Positions 1-12,264 of a DNA stretch of 64,000 nucleotides are shown here, piece by piece (within the stretch, counting starts at the first letter, position 1; each line of letters begins with the position of its first letter). The notes below the pieces were generated by a model, which was not told where the DNA came from, searched no databases, and worked only from the letters and a program-made list of their open reading frames with translations. Source of the DNA: Eledone cirrhosa. Lineage: Eukaryota. Position numbers and translations under genes: made by a program. Location: positions 10,230,001 through 10,294,000 of the forward strand of contig OZ024766.1 in the NCBI GenBank assembly GCA_964016885.1. The letters are read 5' to 3'.

Positions 1-190
1 CCCACCCTCATCAAAAGCACCACCATTATCCCCACCTCCATATCTATGCTAGAACACTTAAGCCCTTTGCTACCACCCTGCCAGCCGACCCTTCAAAAAA
101 CCAAGCTCAGCTTTCATGAAACAAAACCTCCCAAAGCAATGGTATAGAACAGACACACACATATATAAGCAGATATATATATATATATAA

Positions 191-240
<50 letters not shown>

Positions 241-532
241 CGAAGGAAATGTGGTAAGGAACCAGGTGGACCATAACGCACCAAAGTACTCAATACTTAG
301 GGTAGTAGAGTGGGTATTTTTAAGTTTCTCTTTAAGGAGTGGCACCCTATTCTGAACTTGTTTATAGAATTCTTTCTGCCTTTGTTACTCTAAATATAAA
401 TTATAGCTTTGAAGAATTAGCTTTTAATGAATTCCCTTTTCTATCAACCAATGACCTCCACCCATCCCACTTCCCACCCTCTCCTACCACCTGAAGAGAC
501 CTATAAATACCATATTTATTTTTTGATACCCA

Positions 533-581
533 GATTCCTGATGATTTCTAAAAAATGAGACAGTTCTAGTCCTGTAGAATC
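533..581 (+). ncRNA. Degenerate type-I hammerhead motif in a Penelope-like element end
   Basis: gattc-CTGATGA-stem II-GAGAC (GAAAC mutated)-ag..ct-GTA-gaatc. Same family as 30194-30590, where stem I is cttc/gaag (covariation). Confidence 0.55.
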
Positions 582-664
582 TCATCTATATTAAAACTTT
601 TATACTCTGCAATGTATTGAGTACCTTACTTACTGTGGTTACCTCCGATTCAACCCGGAATTAC

Positions 665-730
<66 letters not shown>

Positions 731-734
<4 letters not shown>

Positions 735-985
735 TGTTGTTTCCTTGAGCAAGATACTTTATTTCACATTGCTCCAGTTTACTCAGCTGTAGAAATGAGA
801 TGATAGGGACTGGGGTCCCTATCATTCCACTGTAAAGTGGCCGTGGAGGTGCCACAGCAAAAAAGCACCCAGCACTCACTGTAAATGAGGTTGGTGTTAG
901 GAAGGGCATCCAGCTGTAGAAATCAAGCCAGAATCAGTTCCCGTCCCACCCTTGCAAGCAGGGAAAAGTGGATGTAAAAGAAAAA
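731..985 (+). mobile_element. 5'-truncated SINE family S1 (CORE-like tRNA SINE with RTE-type tail)
   Basis: Matches the body and tail of the full copy at 11571-11908. Confidence 0.85.
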
Positions 986-997
986 AAAAAAAAAAAC

Positions 998-1440
998 CAC
1001 ACTGGCTTAGTGGTTAGAGCATTGGCCTTGCAATCGAAAGGTCGTGAGCTCAATTCTCAGACCGGGTAATGTGTTGTTTCCTTGAGCAAGACACTTTATT
1101 TCACATTGCTCCAGTGTTCTCAGCTGTAGAAATGAGATGATAGGGACTGGGGTCCCTATCATTCCACTGCAAAGTGGTCGTGCAGATGCGCCACGGCAAA
1201 AAAGCACCCAGCACTCACTGTAAATGAGGTTGGTGTTAGGAAGGGCTTCCAGCTGTAGAAATGAGATGATAGGGACTGGGGTCCCTATCATTCCACTGCA
1301 AAGTGAAATGATAGTACCCAGCACTCACTGTAAATGAGGTTGGTGTTAGGAAGGGCATCCAGCTGTAGAAATCAAGCCAGAATCAGTTCCCGTCCCACCC
1401 TTGCAAGCAGGGAAAAGCGGATGTAAAATGATGATGATGA
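998..1440 (+). mobile_element. SINE S1 with internal rearranged duplication
   Basis: A box TGGCTTAGTGG, B-box-like GAGCTCAATTC, CORE-like CCTTGAGCAAGACACTT, duplicated CAGCTGTAGAAAT-bounded segment, (ATG)n tail. Confidence 0.85.
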
Positions 1441-1662
1441 TATATATATATAAATAATTAGAATGGGAACAACACAAAATATAACTAATCCATTACCAAA
1501 GGTTTCTGGATCTCAGACAATATACATACATGTAACAGCTGTATCTGTCATCTTTAACCCCCCCCCCCCCCACCGAATTGCCTTTGCCCCCACTGTGTAA
1601 CATGCTGCTGCTACTGCTACTACTACTACTATTGTTACTACACTACATCTCATATACTAAAC

Positions 1663-1839
<177 letters not shown>

Positions 1840-1845
1840 AAATAC

Positions 1846-1894
<49 letters not shown>

Positions 1895-1895
1895 C

Positions 1896-1963
<68 letters not shown>

Positions 1964-2120
1964 ATAAACATATATATATATATATATATATATATAAGTT
2001 CTATTTAAATTGTTGGGATACAACAAGCAAATATTTTTATAACTGATATAAAGCACTCAACAGTTTACTGGAGTAAATATACAATATATTAACAAATGGA
2101 AACTATATTTATAAAACCAT

Positions 2121-2670
2121 ATTTATTTCATTATATATATTTCAAGGACACCAAGTTAAATTATGGTGTGCTTTCATCAGATAAAATATAATATAGGGCA
2201 GTTTTATAAATAAATATTGACATACCCTTAAAGAATGTAACCATTATTGTTGGAAGCTCCCGGATAGTGGAGTTATAAATTTAATTATATTATTATTAAT
2301 ATTGGATATTTTTATTTTTAAAATAAGCCGTTGGGTTACAGAGAAAGAAAAAGATAAAGAAGGAGAGAGAGAAAACCCAACGGCTTATTTTAAAAATAAA
2401 AATATCCAATACTAATAATAATATAAGTAAACAACTCCACCATCCGGGAGCTTCCAACAGTAATGGTTGCATTATTTAAGGGTATGTCAATATTTATTTA
2501 TAAAACTGCTCTATATTATATTTTATCTGATGAAAGCACACCATAATTTAACTTGGTGTCCTTGAAATATGTATATTGAAATATATATTTATTAAAATAA
2601 CATATTAAAGTTTAAGCAAAGAATTGCTGCTTTCACCCTTAATGGGATCTTCTGAAATATTTGCTCCAGG
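2121..2670. mobile_element. Palindromic Penelope-like remnant (arms ~2121-2337 / 2374-2590) with hammerheads on both strands
   Basis: ~215-bp imperfect inverted repeat. CTGATGA-aagcacacca/tggtgtcctt-GAAA-tatgt-ATA at 2519-2583 (+) and 2124-2188 (-). One arm has a 3' extension whose reverse complement recurs at ~41325-41380. Confidence 0.7.
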
Positions 2671-2757
2671 GTTCTTATATATTTGATATATATTTATCCT
2701 TATCGAATTTATTATTATATATATATCAAATTTATTATTATTATTATATATATATAT

Positions 2758-2946
2758 AGCGGTTGATTGGCAGTATCGGTAGAGGGTCGGACGCCATGCT
2801 TTCCAGCATAGTTACGTCCCTTTATGATCTGAGTTCAAATCCCGCTGAGGTTGACTTTGCCTTTCATCCTTACGGGGTCGATAAAATAAAGTACCAGTAA
2901 TGCACTGGGTAATTGCTGGCCTTGTGCCTAAAGTAGAAACAATTAT

Positions 2947-2950
<4 letters not shown>
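2758..2950 (+). mobile_element. SINE family S2 (tRNA-derived, Nin/Deu-domain-like centre)
   Basis: B box GAGTTCAAATCCC, central GACTTTGCCTTTCATCCTTACGGGGTCGATAAAATAAAGTACCAG, (ATT)n tail. About 10 copies or fragments in the window. Confidence 0.85.
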
Positions 2951-3019
<69 letters not shown>

Positions 3020-3068
3020 ATACTGTTTTATATATATATATATATGTATGTACATACATATATATATG

Positions 3069-3114
<46 letters not shown>

Positions 3115-3347
3115 CATACATATATATATGTATATATATATATGTATATATATACATACATATATATATATATATATATTTCCATTTGTTAATATCGTAT
3201 ATATATATATTTATATGTATATTCATATACACAGTCATATATATATATATATATATATACACCTTCATAAATATATACATACATTCATATATATATATAT
3301 ATATATATACCTTCATAAATATATACATACATTCATATATGTATATA

Positions 3348-3402
<55 letters not shown>

Positions 3403-3404
3403 GA

Positions 3405-3703
3405 AGTATTTCCACTCGAAAGGTACAGGAAAAAAGAGTGCTCTATGTAGGCTACAGAGCTTATTAGTTATGTAATAAACAACATAAGATAATTATTTCA
3501 TTTACCAGTGGTTTCTTGAAGACATGTTATGTCTGTCTTCAGTCATCAGTGTTTTTATTAAATATGGATTTGAAATTCAAATCCATATTTAATAAAAACA
3601 CCATTTTTTTAATTCATTCTGACGACTGAAAACAGACAATATCTGCCTTCAAGAAACCACTGGTAAATGAAATAATTATCTTATGTTGTTTATTACATAA
3701 CTA
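3405..3703. mobile_element. Palindromic Penelope-like remnant with complete hammerhead at 3613-3671 (+)
   Basis: ttcatt-CTGACGA-ctgaa..ttcaa-GAAACcactgGTA-aatgaa with 6-bp stem I. Inverted arm at ~3465-3550, bordered by (TA)n. Family recurs at 39610-39832. Confidence 0.75.
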
Positions 3704-3713
3704 TATATATATA

Positions 3714-4081
3714 TAAAGAAAAAAGATGAAATCGAAAATGCAATTGGAGTCTTATTTTTAAAAAAAATATATATATTTATTTGGTTCCTTTACCGGTTTC
3801 ACAGTTCTGGCACTTTTTTTGAGCCACTTTTTTCAATATAAAACAAGTATCATTCAAAGACCAACCAGATGTGAGTAAAACCACAGACCCTCCATCTCAA
3901 CTCTACTTTTGAAAAGCAGAAGAACTGCGAAACTGGTAAAGGAACCAAATAAATATATATATATTTTTTAAAAAATAAGACCCCAGTTGCATTTTCGATT
4001 TCATCTTTTTCTCTTTATACTTTCACTCGTGTAGGACACCTCGGTTATTTTTCATTTTGTAAAACAAACCTCACTTTCTAA
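3714..4081 (+). mobile_element. Palindromic Penelope-like remnant with U3-A8 hammerhead (3905-3942)
   Basis: Arms ~3714-3808 / 3920-4018 plus a unique 3' extension into (TA)n. Same family as 32053-32413. Confidence 0.7.
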
Positions 4082-4090
4082 TATATATGT

Positions 4091-4123
<33 letters not shown>

Positions 4124-4143
4124 CATATATATACATATATATG

Positions 4144-4181
<38 letters not shown>

Positions 4182-4214
4182 CATATATATGTGTGTACAT
4201 ATATATATGTGTAC

Positions 4215-4282
<68 letters not shown>

Positions 4283-4361
4283 ACATACATATATATATGT
4301 GTACATACATATATATATATGTACATACATATATATATATGTACATACATATATATATATA

Positions 4362-4402
<41 letters not shown>

Positions 4403-4650
4403 ATACATAAACCCATGTAGATGCACACATACCTCAGCACGCGCGCACACATACATGCAATACTTCTCCTTTTCAACTACCACTGCTGCTGCTGCTGCTA
4501 CTACTACTGCTCTTTATATTAATTTTTTTTGTTGTTGTTGCTGTACACACAGAACCTCCTCACAGGCAGGTATCTGTAATGTGTGACAGGCTGTATATAT
4601 ATGTGTGTGTGTGTGTTTATGTGCGTATATATATATGTAATATATATCTA

Positions 4651-4723
<73 letters not shown>

Positions 4724-4963
4724 AGATACATGTGTGTGTTTGTGTGTTGTGCAATATCACTCTTATGCACAAAACTGCATTGCAAAGAGTGTGGTTGTTG
4801 AGGAAGATGAATGCATTTGCTCATATGTCTCATGTATTTATGTCTCTCTTTTTTTGTGTGTATATATAATGTATGTTTATATATATATATATATATACAT
4901 ATATATATAAATATATATACATATATATATATATAAATATACATATCTATACATATATATATA

Positions 4964-5003
<40 letters not shown>

Positions 5004-5026
5004 CATACATATATATATATACATAC

Positions 5027-5131
<105 letters not shown>

Positions 5132-5146
5132 TATACATATATATAC

Positions 5147-5283
<137 letters not shown>

Positions 5284-5286
5284 CAC

Positions 5287-5331
<45 letters not shown>

Positions 5332-5479
5332 TATACACATATATATATATACATATATATATATACATATATATACACATATACATATATATACACATAT
5401 ATATATATATACATATATATACATATACATATATATATATTATATATATATCATCATCATCATGATATATATATATATA

Positions 5480-6731
5480 TAAACAAATAGTAAAACAGAA
5501 AAAAATACAGTAGAAAATGCTGGAGGGATCTTTTCAGTGTAATATCAAAACATTTATTTGCAAAGTGGGGATTTCTGCATTTAATCGTGGTGCTGGTTCT
5601 AGCATTATATGCTTTTTAAACGGTGCAAGTGCAAAGTGCAGTTTAGTTGCATAATTATACAAATAATAATAATAATAATAATAAAATGGAGAAGAAAAAT
5701 TATTAGTTTTTGCATACATATTTATATTTGTTAACTAGCAGAGAACAAAGGATAGCCTCAGACAGAAACATAAACTTTCCTCTCTAAATATGTATGTAAA
5801 AACTAATAATAGTTTTTCTCCATTTTATTATTATTTGTATAAATATGCAATTTAACTGCACTTTTCACTTCCACCATTGAAAAAGCATATAAAGCTGAAA
5901 CTGGTACCACTATTAACCTTTTAGTGTTGAAACCGGCCAGAATTCTCTACCTCTTTCTGTTGAAACTGGCTGTAACTGGTCACTCAAACTGATGTTAAGG
6001 TATTGTTCTCAAAATAAATACTTTCAAAATCTCATAGATTCGATATTATGTGAGATATTATGTAAGGTAAAGCCTTTACTGTGAAAATACAATAGTATAT
6101 ATAGAGTAATGTAAATGTTATGTGAGATATTATGTAAGGTAAAGCCTTTACTGTGAAAATACAATAGTATATATAGAGTAATGTGAATGTTATGTGAGAT
6201 ATTATGTAAGGTAAAGCCTTTACTGTGAAAATACAATAGTATATATAGAGTAATGTAAATGTTATGTGAGATATTATGTGAGGTAAAGCCTTTACTGTGA
6301 AAATACAATAGTATATATGGAGTAATGTAAATGTTATGTGAGATATTATGTGAGGTAAAGCCTTTACTGTGAAAATACAATAGTATATATAGAGTAATGT
6401 AAATGTTATGTGAGATATTATGTGAGGTAAAGCCTTTACTGTGAAAATACAATAGTATATATAGAGTAATGTAAATGTTATGTGAGATATTATGTGAGGT
6501 AAAGCCTTTACTGTGAAAATACAATAGTATATATAGAGTAATGTAAATGTTATGTGAGATATTATGTGAGGTAAAGCCTTTACTGTGAAAATATAATAGT
6601 ATATATAGAGTAATGTGACTGCTAAAGGGTTAAATGCGGAAATCCCTACTTTGCAAATAAATGTTTTGATATTATACTGAAAAAATCCCCCCCCGCATTT
6701 TCTACTATTTTTATTTTTCCTTTTTACTATT

Positions 6732-6735
<4 letters not shown>
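5480..6735. repeat. Diverged long inverted repeat interrupted by a TTAA MITE
   Basis: 5480-5725 is the reverse complement of 5785-5916 plus 6630-6735. Confidence 0.7.
5917..6629 (+). mobile_element. piggyBac-type (TTAA) MITE carrying an internal 72-bp tandem array (~8 units)
   Basis: TTAA-CCTTTTAG...CTAAAGGG-TTAA. An unamplified 210-bp sister copy lies at 8376-8585. Confidence 0.8.
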
Positions 6736-6771
<36 letters not shown>

Positions 6772-6817
6772 CATACACTCATATACATGTATATATATAT
6801 ATGTATATATATTTCAG

Positions 6818-6871
6818 ACTTTCCTTTCTGTCGGTATGTTGTGTGCGATGACCCGTTCGGAGGTGGTCTGA
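6818..6871 (+). CDS. Tentative 54-bp phase-1 cassette exon of the PPIP5K gene (xFPFCRYVVCDDPFGGGL)
   Basis: Island of unique sequence bounded by tttcAG and GTAAGT. Length is 3n and it is open in the same phase as the downstream exons. No recognised homology. Confidence 0.4.
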   Translation, partial: TFLSVGMLCAMTRSEVV

Positions 6872-6874
6872 GTA

Positions 6875-7290
6875 AGTGGTGTAGTGTGGTGTAGTGTAGT
6901 GTAGTGTGGCATTGTGGTGTAGTGTACTGTAGTGTGGTGTAGTGTAGTGTGACATGGCGTGGTGTAGTGTAGTGTGGCATGGTGTGGTGTGGTTTAGCAT
7001 GGTGTGGAGTTGTGTAGTGTAGTGTGGAATGGTGTGGTGTGGTTTAGCATGGTGTGGTGTGGTTTAGCATGGTGTAGTGTTGTGTAGTGTGGTGTGGTGT
7101 AGTGTAGTGTAATTTGGTGTGGTGTAGCAGAGTGTTGCATTGTATGGTGTGGTGTATAATTGGTGTGGTGTAGCATGGTGTGTTGTGGTTTGGTGTAGTT
7201 TTGCATGGTGTGGTGTAGTGTTGCATGGTGTGGTGTGGTGTAGTGTTGCATGGTGTGGTGTAGGGTTGCGTAGTCTGGTGCGGTGTGGTG
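6875..7290. repeat. Degenerate pentanucleotide repeat (GTGTA/GTGTG)n
   Basis: Directly visible. Confidence 0.9.
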
Positions 7291-7476
7291 TAACAGTGTG
7301 TGCTTGTGTGAGTCTGCATGTGAGTGTCTGTGTGTGTGAGGCTGTATGTGGGTGAGTGTGTGTTTGTGTGTGAGTGTGCATGTGTATGAATGAGTGTGTA
7401 TGTGTGAGTCTGCATGTGAGTGTGTGTATGTGTGTGCATGGTTATGGTTGTGTGTGTGTGTCTCTTCCTGTGTGTG

Positions 7477-7967
7477 TGGTCATTGGTCAAAACCCCTATT
7501 TGGTGTGGGTGTGTGTGTATGGTCTTTGGTCAGAACCCCTATGTGGCAGGGTGTGTGTGTGTGTGTGTATGGTCTTTGGTCAAAACCCCTATGTGGGAGG
7601 GTGTGTGTATGGTTTTTGGTCAAAACCCCTATGTGGCAGGGTGTGTGTGTGTGTGTGTGTATGGTCTTTGGTCAAAACCCCTATGTGGCAGGGTGTGTGT
7701 GTGTGTGTGTGTATGGTCTTTGGTCAAAACCTCTATGTGGCAGGGTGTGTGTGTGTGTGTGTATGGTCTTTGGTCAAAACCCCTATGTGGCAGGGTGTGT
7801 GTGTGTGTGTGTATGGTCTTTGGTCAAAACCCCTATGTGTGTGTGTGTGGTCTTTGGTCAAAACCCCTATGTGGCAGGGTGTGTGTGTGTGTGGTCTTTG
7901 GTCAAAACCCCTATGTGGCAGGGTGTATGTGTATGTGTGTGGTCTTTGGTCAAAACCCCTATGTGGG

Positions 7968-7975
<8 letters not shown>
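7477..7975. repeat. Minisatellite TGGTCTTTGGTCAAAACCCCTATGTGGCAGGG + variable (TG)n, ~10 units
   Basis: Constant ~32-bp core separated by TG tracts of variable length. Confidence 0.9.
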
Positions 7976-8009
<34 letters not shown>

Positions 8010-8175
8010 GTGTGTGTGGACATCATTTGCAGTCAGATGAGGTTTTGGTTTTGTTTGATTAACAAGCCTGATGAACAGATCAGGGAGTGGAGTCTGGTCT
8101 ATAGCAATAATTGTTTCTACTTTTGGCACAAGGCCAGCAATTACCCCAGTGTATTACTGGTAGCATTAATATAGA

Positions 8176-8370
8176 CTAGCTGCACCCGTGAAAAAATTCA
8201 CGGATAATTTTTGAAATTTAAATATTGTCCAATGAATATTTATCAGTTAATCAAAGTTGTTTGATTTGCAGTATTTTGGTGAATAAACAATTATATTTTC
8301 CTTTATTTTGTGTATAATAATGTAAGTTTATTTAAAATTAATTTCGTAAAAGTACACATAAAAAACATCC
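8176..8370 (-). mobile_element. Possible Helitron-like 3' terminus
   Basis: On the minus strand a GC hairpin ccgtgaa/ttcacgg is followed a few nt later by CTAG|T. 5' extent unknown. Confidence 0.4.
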
Positions 8371-8375
8371 TTTAA

Positions 8376-8585
8376 CCCTTTAGCATTCACATTACCCTGT
8401 ATTTACTATTATATTTTCATGGTAAATGCTTTATCTCGCATAATTATCTCACATAATATCGAATCTATGAGATTTTGAAAGTATTCATTTTGAGAACAAT
8501 ACCTTAACATCAGTTTGAGCGACCAGTTACAGCCAGTTTCAACAGAAAAAGGTAGAGAATTCTGTCCGGTTTGAACATTAAAGGG
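8376..8585 (-). mobile_element. 210-bp piggyBac-type MITE (unamplified progenitor of the 72-bp satellite)
   Basis: TTAA-CCCTTTAG...TTAAAGGG-TTAA. Body matches 5917-6629 with a single diverged 72-bp unit. Confidence 0.82.
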
Positions 8586-8596
8586 TTAAAGCACGT

Positions 8597-9255
8597 CCCT
8601 ATATATAATTGTTTCTACTTTAGGCACAAGGCCAGCAATTACCAGTGCATTACTGGTACTTTATTTTATCGACCCCGTAAGGATGAAAGGCAAAGTCAAC
8701 CTCGGCGGGATTTGAACTCAGATCGTAAAGGGACGTAACTATGCTGGAAAGCATGTCCCTATATATAATTGTTTCTACTTTAGGCACAAGGCCAGCAATT
8801 ACCCAGTGCATTACTGGTACTTTATTTTATCGACCCCGTAAGGATGAAAGGCAAAGTCAACCTCGGCGGGATTTGAACTCAGATCGTAAAGGGACGTAAC
8901 TATGCTGGAAAGCATGTCCCTATATATAATTGTTTCTACTTTAGGCACAAGGCCAGCAACTACCCAGTACATTACTGGTACTTTATTTTATCGACCCCGT
9001 AAGGATGAAAGGCAAAGTCAACCTCGGCGGGATTTGAACTCAGATCGTAAAGGGACGTAACTATGCTGGAAAGCATGTCCCTATATATAATTGTTTCTAC
9101 TTTAGGCACAAGGCCAGCAATTACCCAGTGCATTACTGGTACTTTATTTTATCGACCCCGTAAGGATGAAAGGCAAAGTCAACCTCGGCGGGATTTGAAC
9201 TCAGATCGTAAAGGGACGTAACTATGCTGGAAAGCATGTCCCTATATATAATGTT
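8597..9255 (-). repeat. Tandem array of four ~161-bp 5'-truncated S2 SINE copies
   Basis: Unit starts at 8597, 8757, 8918 and 9079, with an identical truncation point (GGAAAGCATGT|CCCTATATA). Confidence 0.9.
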
Positions 9256-9599
9256 TCTAGTAAAGGTGGCCATGGGTGGGTTCGATTTGAGGTATCACTT
9301 TAACTCTCGCACTGGTCAACGCCTTTGCTCAAACGCTGCTCTTCAATTATGGCATTTCTTCGCTGATGAACTCTGTTGCTCATATTCTCTAGATAAATTA
9401 CTATGTTATTACTGAAAGGGTGACACACGGTCGGATGTACGGTACGTAGGTATAAGCGTATTGATATAGATCCTAAGTCAGCCATCCGTGAAGCAGTCAT
9501 AACTCTGATTTGATTTATAACCAATTGAGACCTTTGTTTTTGATTTATAGATTAAATAAGTTGACGAGCTCGTGAACGTCACAGAAAGAGTTATTACTC

Positions 9600-10591
9600 A
9601 CCCCTCGTCTGGGATGCCACTTGCAGCGACACTTTCTCCAGCCTCAACCTGGTGCAGTCTGCGACTAACCCAGGTTCTGCTGCACTTTGGGCTGAGGAGG
9701 CCAAACTCTCCAAATACCGGTCGCTCTCTGACAAGTTTGCGGTTGTACCCTTGGTAGTGTAGACATCTGGTGTCCTTGGCCCTAGGGCTACCTCCCTAGG
9801 CACTGAGCTGGCTACCTATAGCAGTAGAGACTTCTGGTGTCCTCGGCCCTAGGGCTACCTCCCTAGGCACTGAGCTGGCTACCCCTAGCAGTGGAGACTT
9901 CTGGTGTCCTTGGCCCTAGAGCTACCTCCCTATTCACCACCATAGGTGCTGAGCTGGCTACCCCTAACAGTGGAGACTTCTGGTGTCCTTGGCTCTAGGG
10001 CTACCTCCCTATTCACCACCATAGGTGCTGAGCTGGCTACCCCTAAAAGTAGAGACTTCTGGTGTCCTTGGCCCTAGGGCTAGCTCCTTACTCACCACCA
10101 TAGGTGCTGAGCTGGCTACCCCTAACAGTAGAGACTTCTGGTATCCTTGGCCCTAGGGCTACCTCCCTACTCACCACCATAGGCGCTGAGCTAGCTACCC
10201 CTAACAGTGGAGACTTCTGGTGTCCTTGGCCCTAGGGCCACCTCCCTACTTACCACCATAGACGCTGAGCTGGCTACCCCTAATAGTGGAGACTTCTGGT
10301 GTCCTTGGCCCTAGGGCTACCTCCCTACTTACCACCATAGGTGCTGAGCTGGCTACCCCTAGCAGTGGAGACTTCTGGTGACCTTGGCCCTAGGGCTACC
10401 TCTCTACTCACCACCATAGGCACTGAGCTGGCCAGCTGCAGGTGTGAGCCTCGCGAGTTGGAATGGCTTTTCCAGCGTCTCTCCCTTGCCGTCCTCCAGG
10501 GGAAACACCTTCTCCATTCTGTCCACCGGGGCTGTGGGGAAGCCACCAATATGATTGACTGACTTGTCATTTTATCAGTCAGGTGTTTTAA

Positions 10592-10593
<2 letters not shown>
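9600..10593 (+). mobile_element. 3' fragment of a CRE-clade non-LTR retrotransposon (restriction-like endonuclease region) with internal 79-bp tandem amplification
   Basis: Conceptual translation PLVWDATCSDTF...AALWAEEAKLSKYRSL...PLAVETSGxLGPRA...EPRELEWLFQRLSLAVLQG is typical of the CRE C-terminus. Ends in (TA)n. Confidence 0.75.
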
Positions 10594-10633
<40 letters not shown>

Positions 10634-11197
10634 GAATAATCGAGTATCGAAAAATCGGCGCACGAGTTCACGATAAACAAAATTCGAAATGAGCGGCAGA
10701 GGGCTCAATAATTCAGATAAATCAGAGCTATAACTATCGTTAAAATACCGTCACACATAGAACATGTCTAAAATCAACGATACGACCGAAAAATTACGAT
10801 CTGGAAGATTCGGGTCACTCAGATAAAATATCAATAAATCAATAAATCAAATGAATGTAAAAAGCATACCCGGACCCGCTAGAAAGATGGTAAATCTAGC
10901 TTCTTGGGTTTCTGTAAATCCTTAAACTGCCCTCTATCAGCTCACATAAAAATATATAAGACTTCTAGAAGCCAGCGGACCGGAATTTACTTCCTCAACG
11001 AGCTTTTGTCCGAACGAATGAGAAGGCATAACCCAGATTGATTCTTCGTTTTCTTGATAATTTATATATATATATATATAAATTATCAAGAAAACGAAGA
11101 ATCAGTGATGTCATTCTTTTCCTTTTTTCATATATATATATATATATATATTGTTATATATTGTTATATATTGTTATATATTGTTATATTATATTTA

Positions 11198-11388
11198 GGG
11201 CGGTGGATTGGCAGTATCAGTAGAGAGTCGGACGCCATGCTTTCCAGCATAGTTACGTTCCTTTACGATGTGAGTTCAAATCCCTCTAAGGTTAACTTTG
11301 CCTTTCATCCTTACGGGGTCGATAAAATAAAGTACCAGTAATGGACTGGGTAATTGCTGGCCCTGTGCCAAAAGTAGAAAGAATTATA
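11198..11388 (+). mobile_element. SINE S2, near full length
   Basis: Matches 2758-2950. Confidence 0.85.
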
Positions 11389-11570
11389 TTTGGGGAGGTT
11401 CATATTGTTATAATATTGCTAGAAATAAAATAATAACAGAACACACTCACTGTTTGGTTTGGGTTGGTTTTCACTTCTGTATCTTTTATATCTCCATAGT
11501 TAATTTATTTGGCAATCAATGTTTATCATTGATTGACCAACGGTTAAAAATACAGATATTAATATATATA

Positions 11571-11908
11571 TGGAGGCACATGGCTTAGTGGTTAGAGCAT
11601 TGGCCTTGCAATCGAAAGGTTGTGAGTTCAATTCTCAGACCGGGTGATGTGTTGTTTCCTTGAGCAAGACACTTTATTTCACATTGCTCCAGTTTACTCA
11701 GCTGTAGAAATGAGATGACAGGGGCTGGGGTCCCTATGATTCCACTGCAAAGTGGTCGTGGAGGTGCCACGGCAAAAAAGCACCCAGCACTCACTGTAAA
11801 TGAGGTTGGTGTTAGGAAGGGCATCCAGCTGTAGAAATCAACCCAGAATCAGTTCCGGTCCCACCCTTGCAAGCAGGGAATAAGCGGACGTAAAATGAAA
11901 TGAATGAT
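11571..11908 (+). mobile_element. SINE S1, full length, single 49-bp internal unit
   Basis: GGAGGCACATGGCTTAGTGG A box, GAGTTCAATTC B box, CORE-like domain, hairpin, AGGAAGGGCATCCAGC segment, RTE-like tail. Confidence 0.9.
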
Positions 11909-12086
11909 ATATAGTCTATCAAAGTTCTTTCGTAACGCACTTGTGACATCGTCAGTGGTACTATTATGTTTCCTCCCTGTTGTATTGTATGTATTGTAAT
12001 GTCTATGGCATTTTTATTTTTATTTATTTTATATATATATGTGTGTCTGTTGGCTACATTAGACTATATTGCTGTTGTTGTTGTAG

Positions 12087-12170
12087 GGTCAGTGAGGTCA
12101 CAGAGCCTGGAAGAGAAGCGAAGTCATAGTTTGGAGGACAGGGAAAAGTACCCTTCACCTGGTTCTACAA
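12087..12170 (+). CDS. PPIP5K: 84-bp phase-1 exon of PPIP5K C-terminal disordered region (SVRSQSLEEKRSHSLEDREKYPSPGST)
   Basis: ttgttgttgtAG acceptor, GTAAGT donor, 3n length. Open in phase 1 and joins in frame to 25345-25452. Gene assignment is by linkage to the downstream homologous exons. Confidence 0.6.
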
Positions 12171-12264
12171 GTAAGTCACTACACAGTCCACTTCCTCCTC
12201 CAACACAACCATCGTTTAACTGAAATATCTGCCTATCTTTCTCTCTCTCTCGCTGTATATATAT

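Noticed and set aside
4553-4569. 17-nt microexon candidate (cacAG..cag|GTATCT)
   Set aside because: Not 3n, weak donor and no homology; cannot be supported without RNA data.
5877-5910. TTGAAAA-agc/gct-GAAACTGGTA hammerhead-like core
   Set aside because: No stem I, and the mirror arm is degenerate; at best a decayed copy.
7477-7975. CRISPR-like constant repeat with variable spacers
   Set aside because: Spacers are only (TG)n tracts; eukaryotic context with no cas genes.
11571-11645. tRNA gene
   Set aside because: A/B boxes belong to a SINE head that continues into a CORE-like body; no complete cloverleaf.
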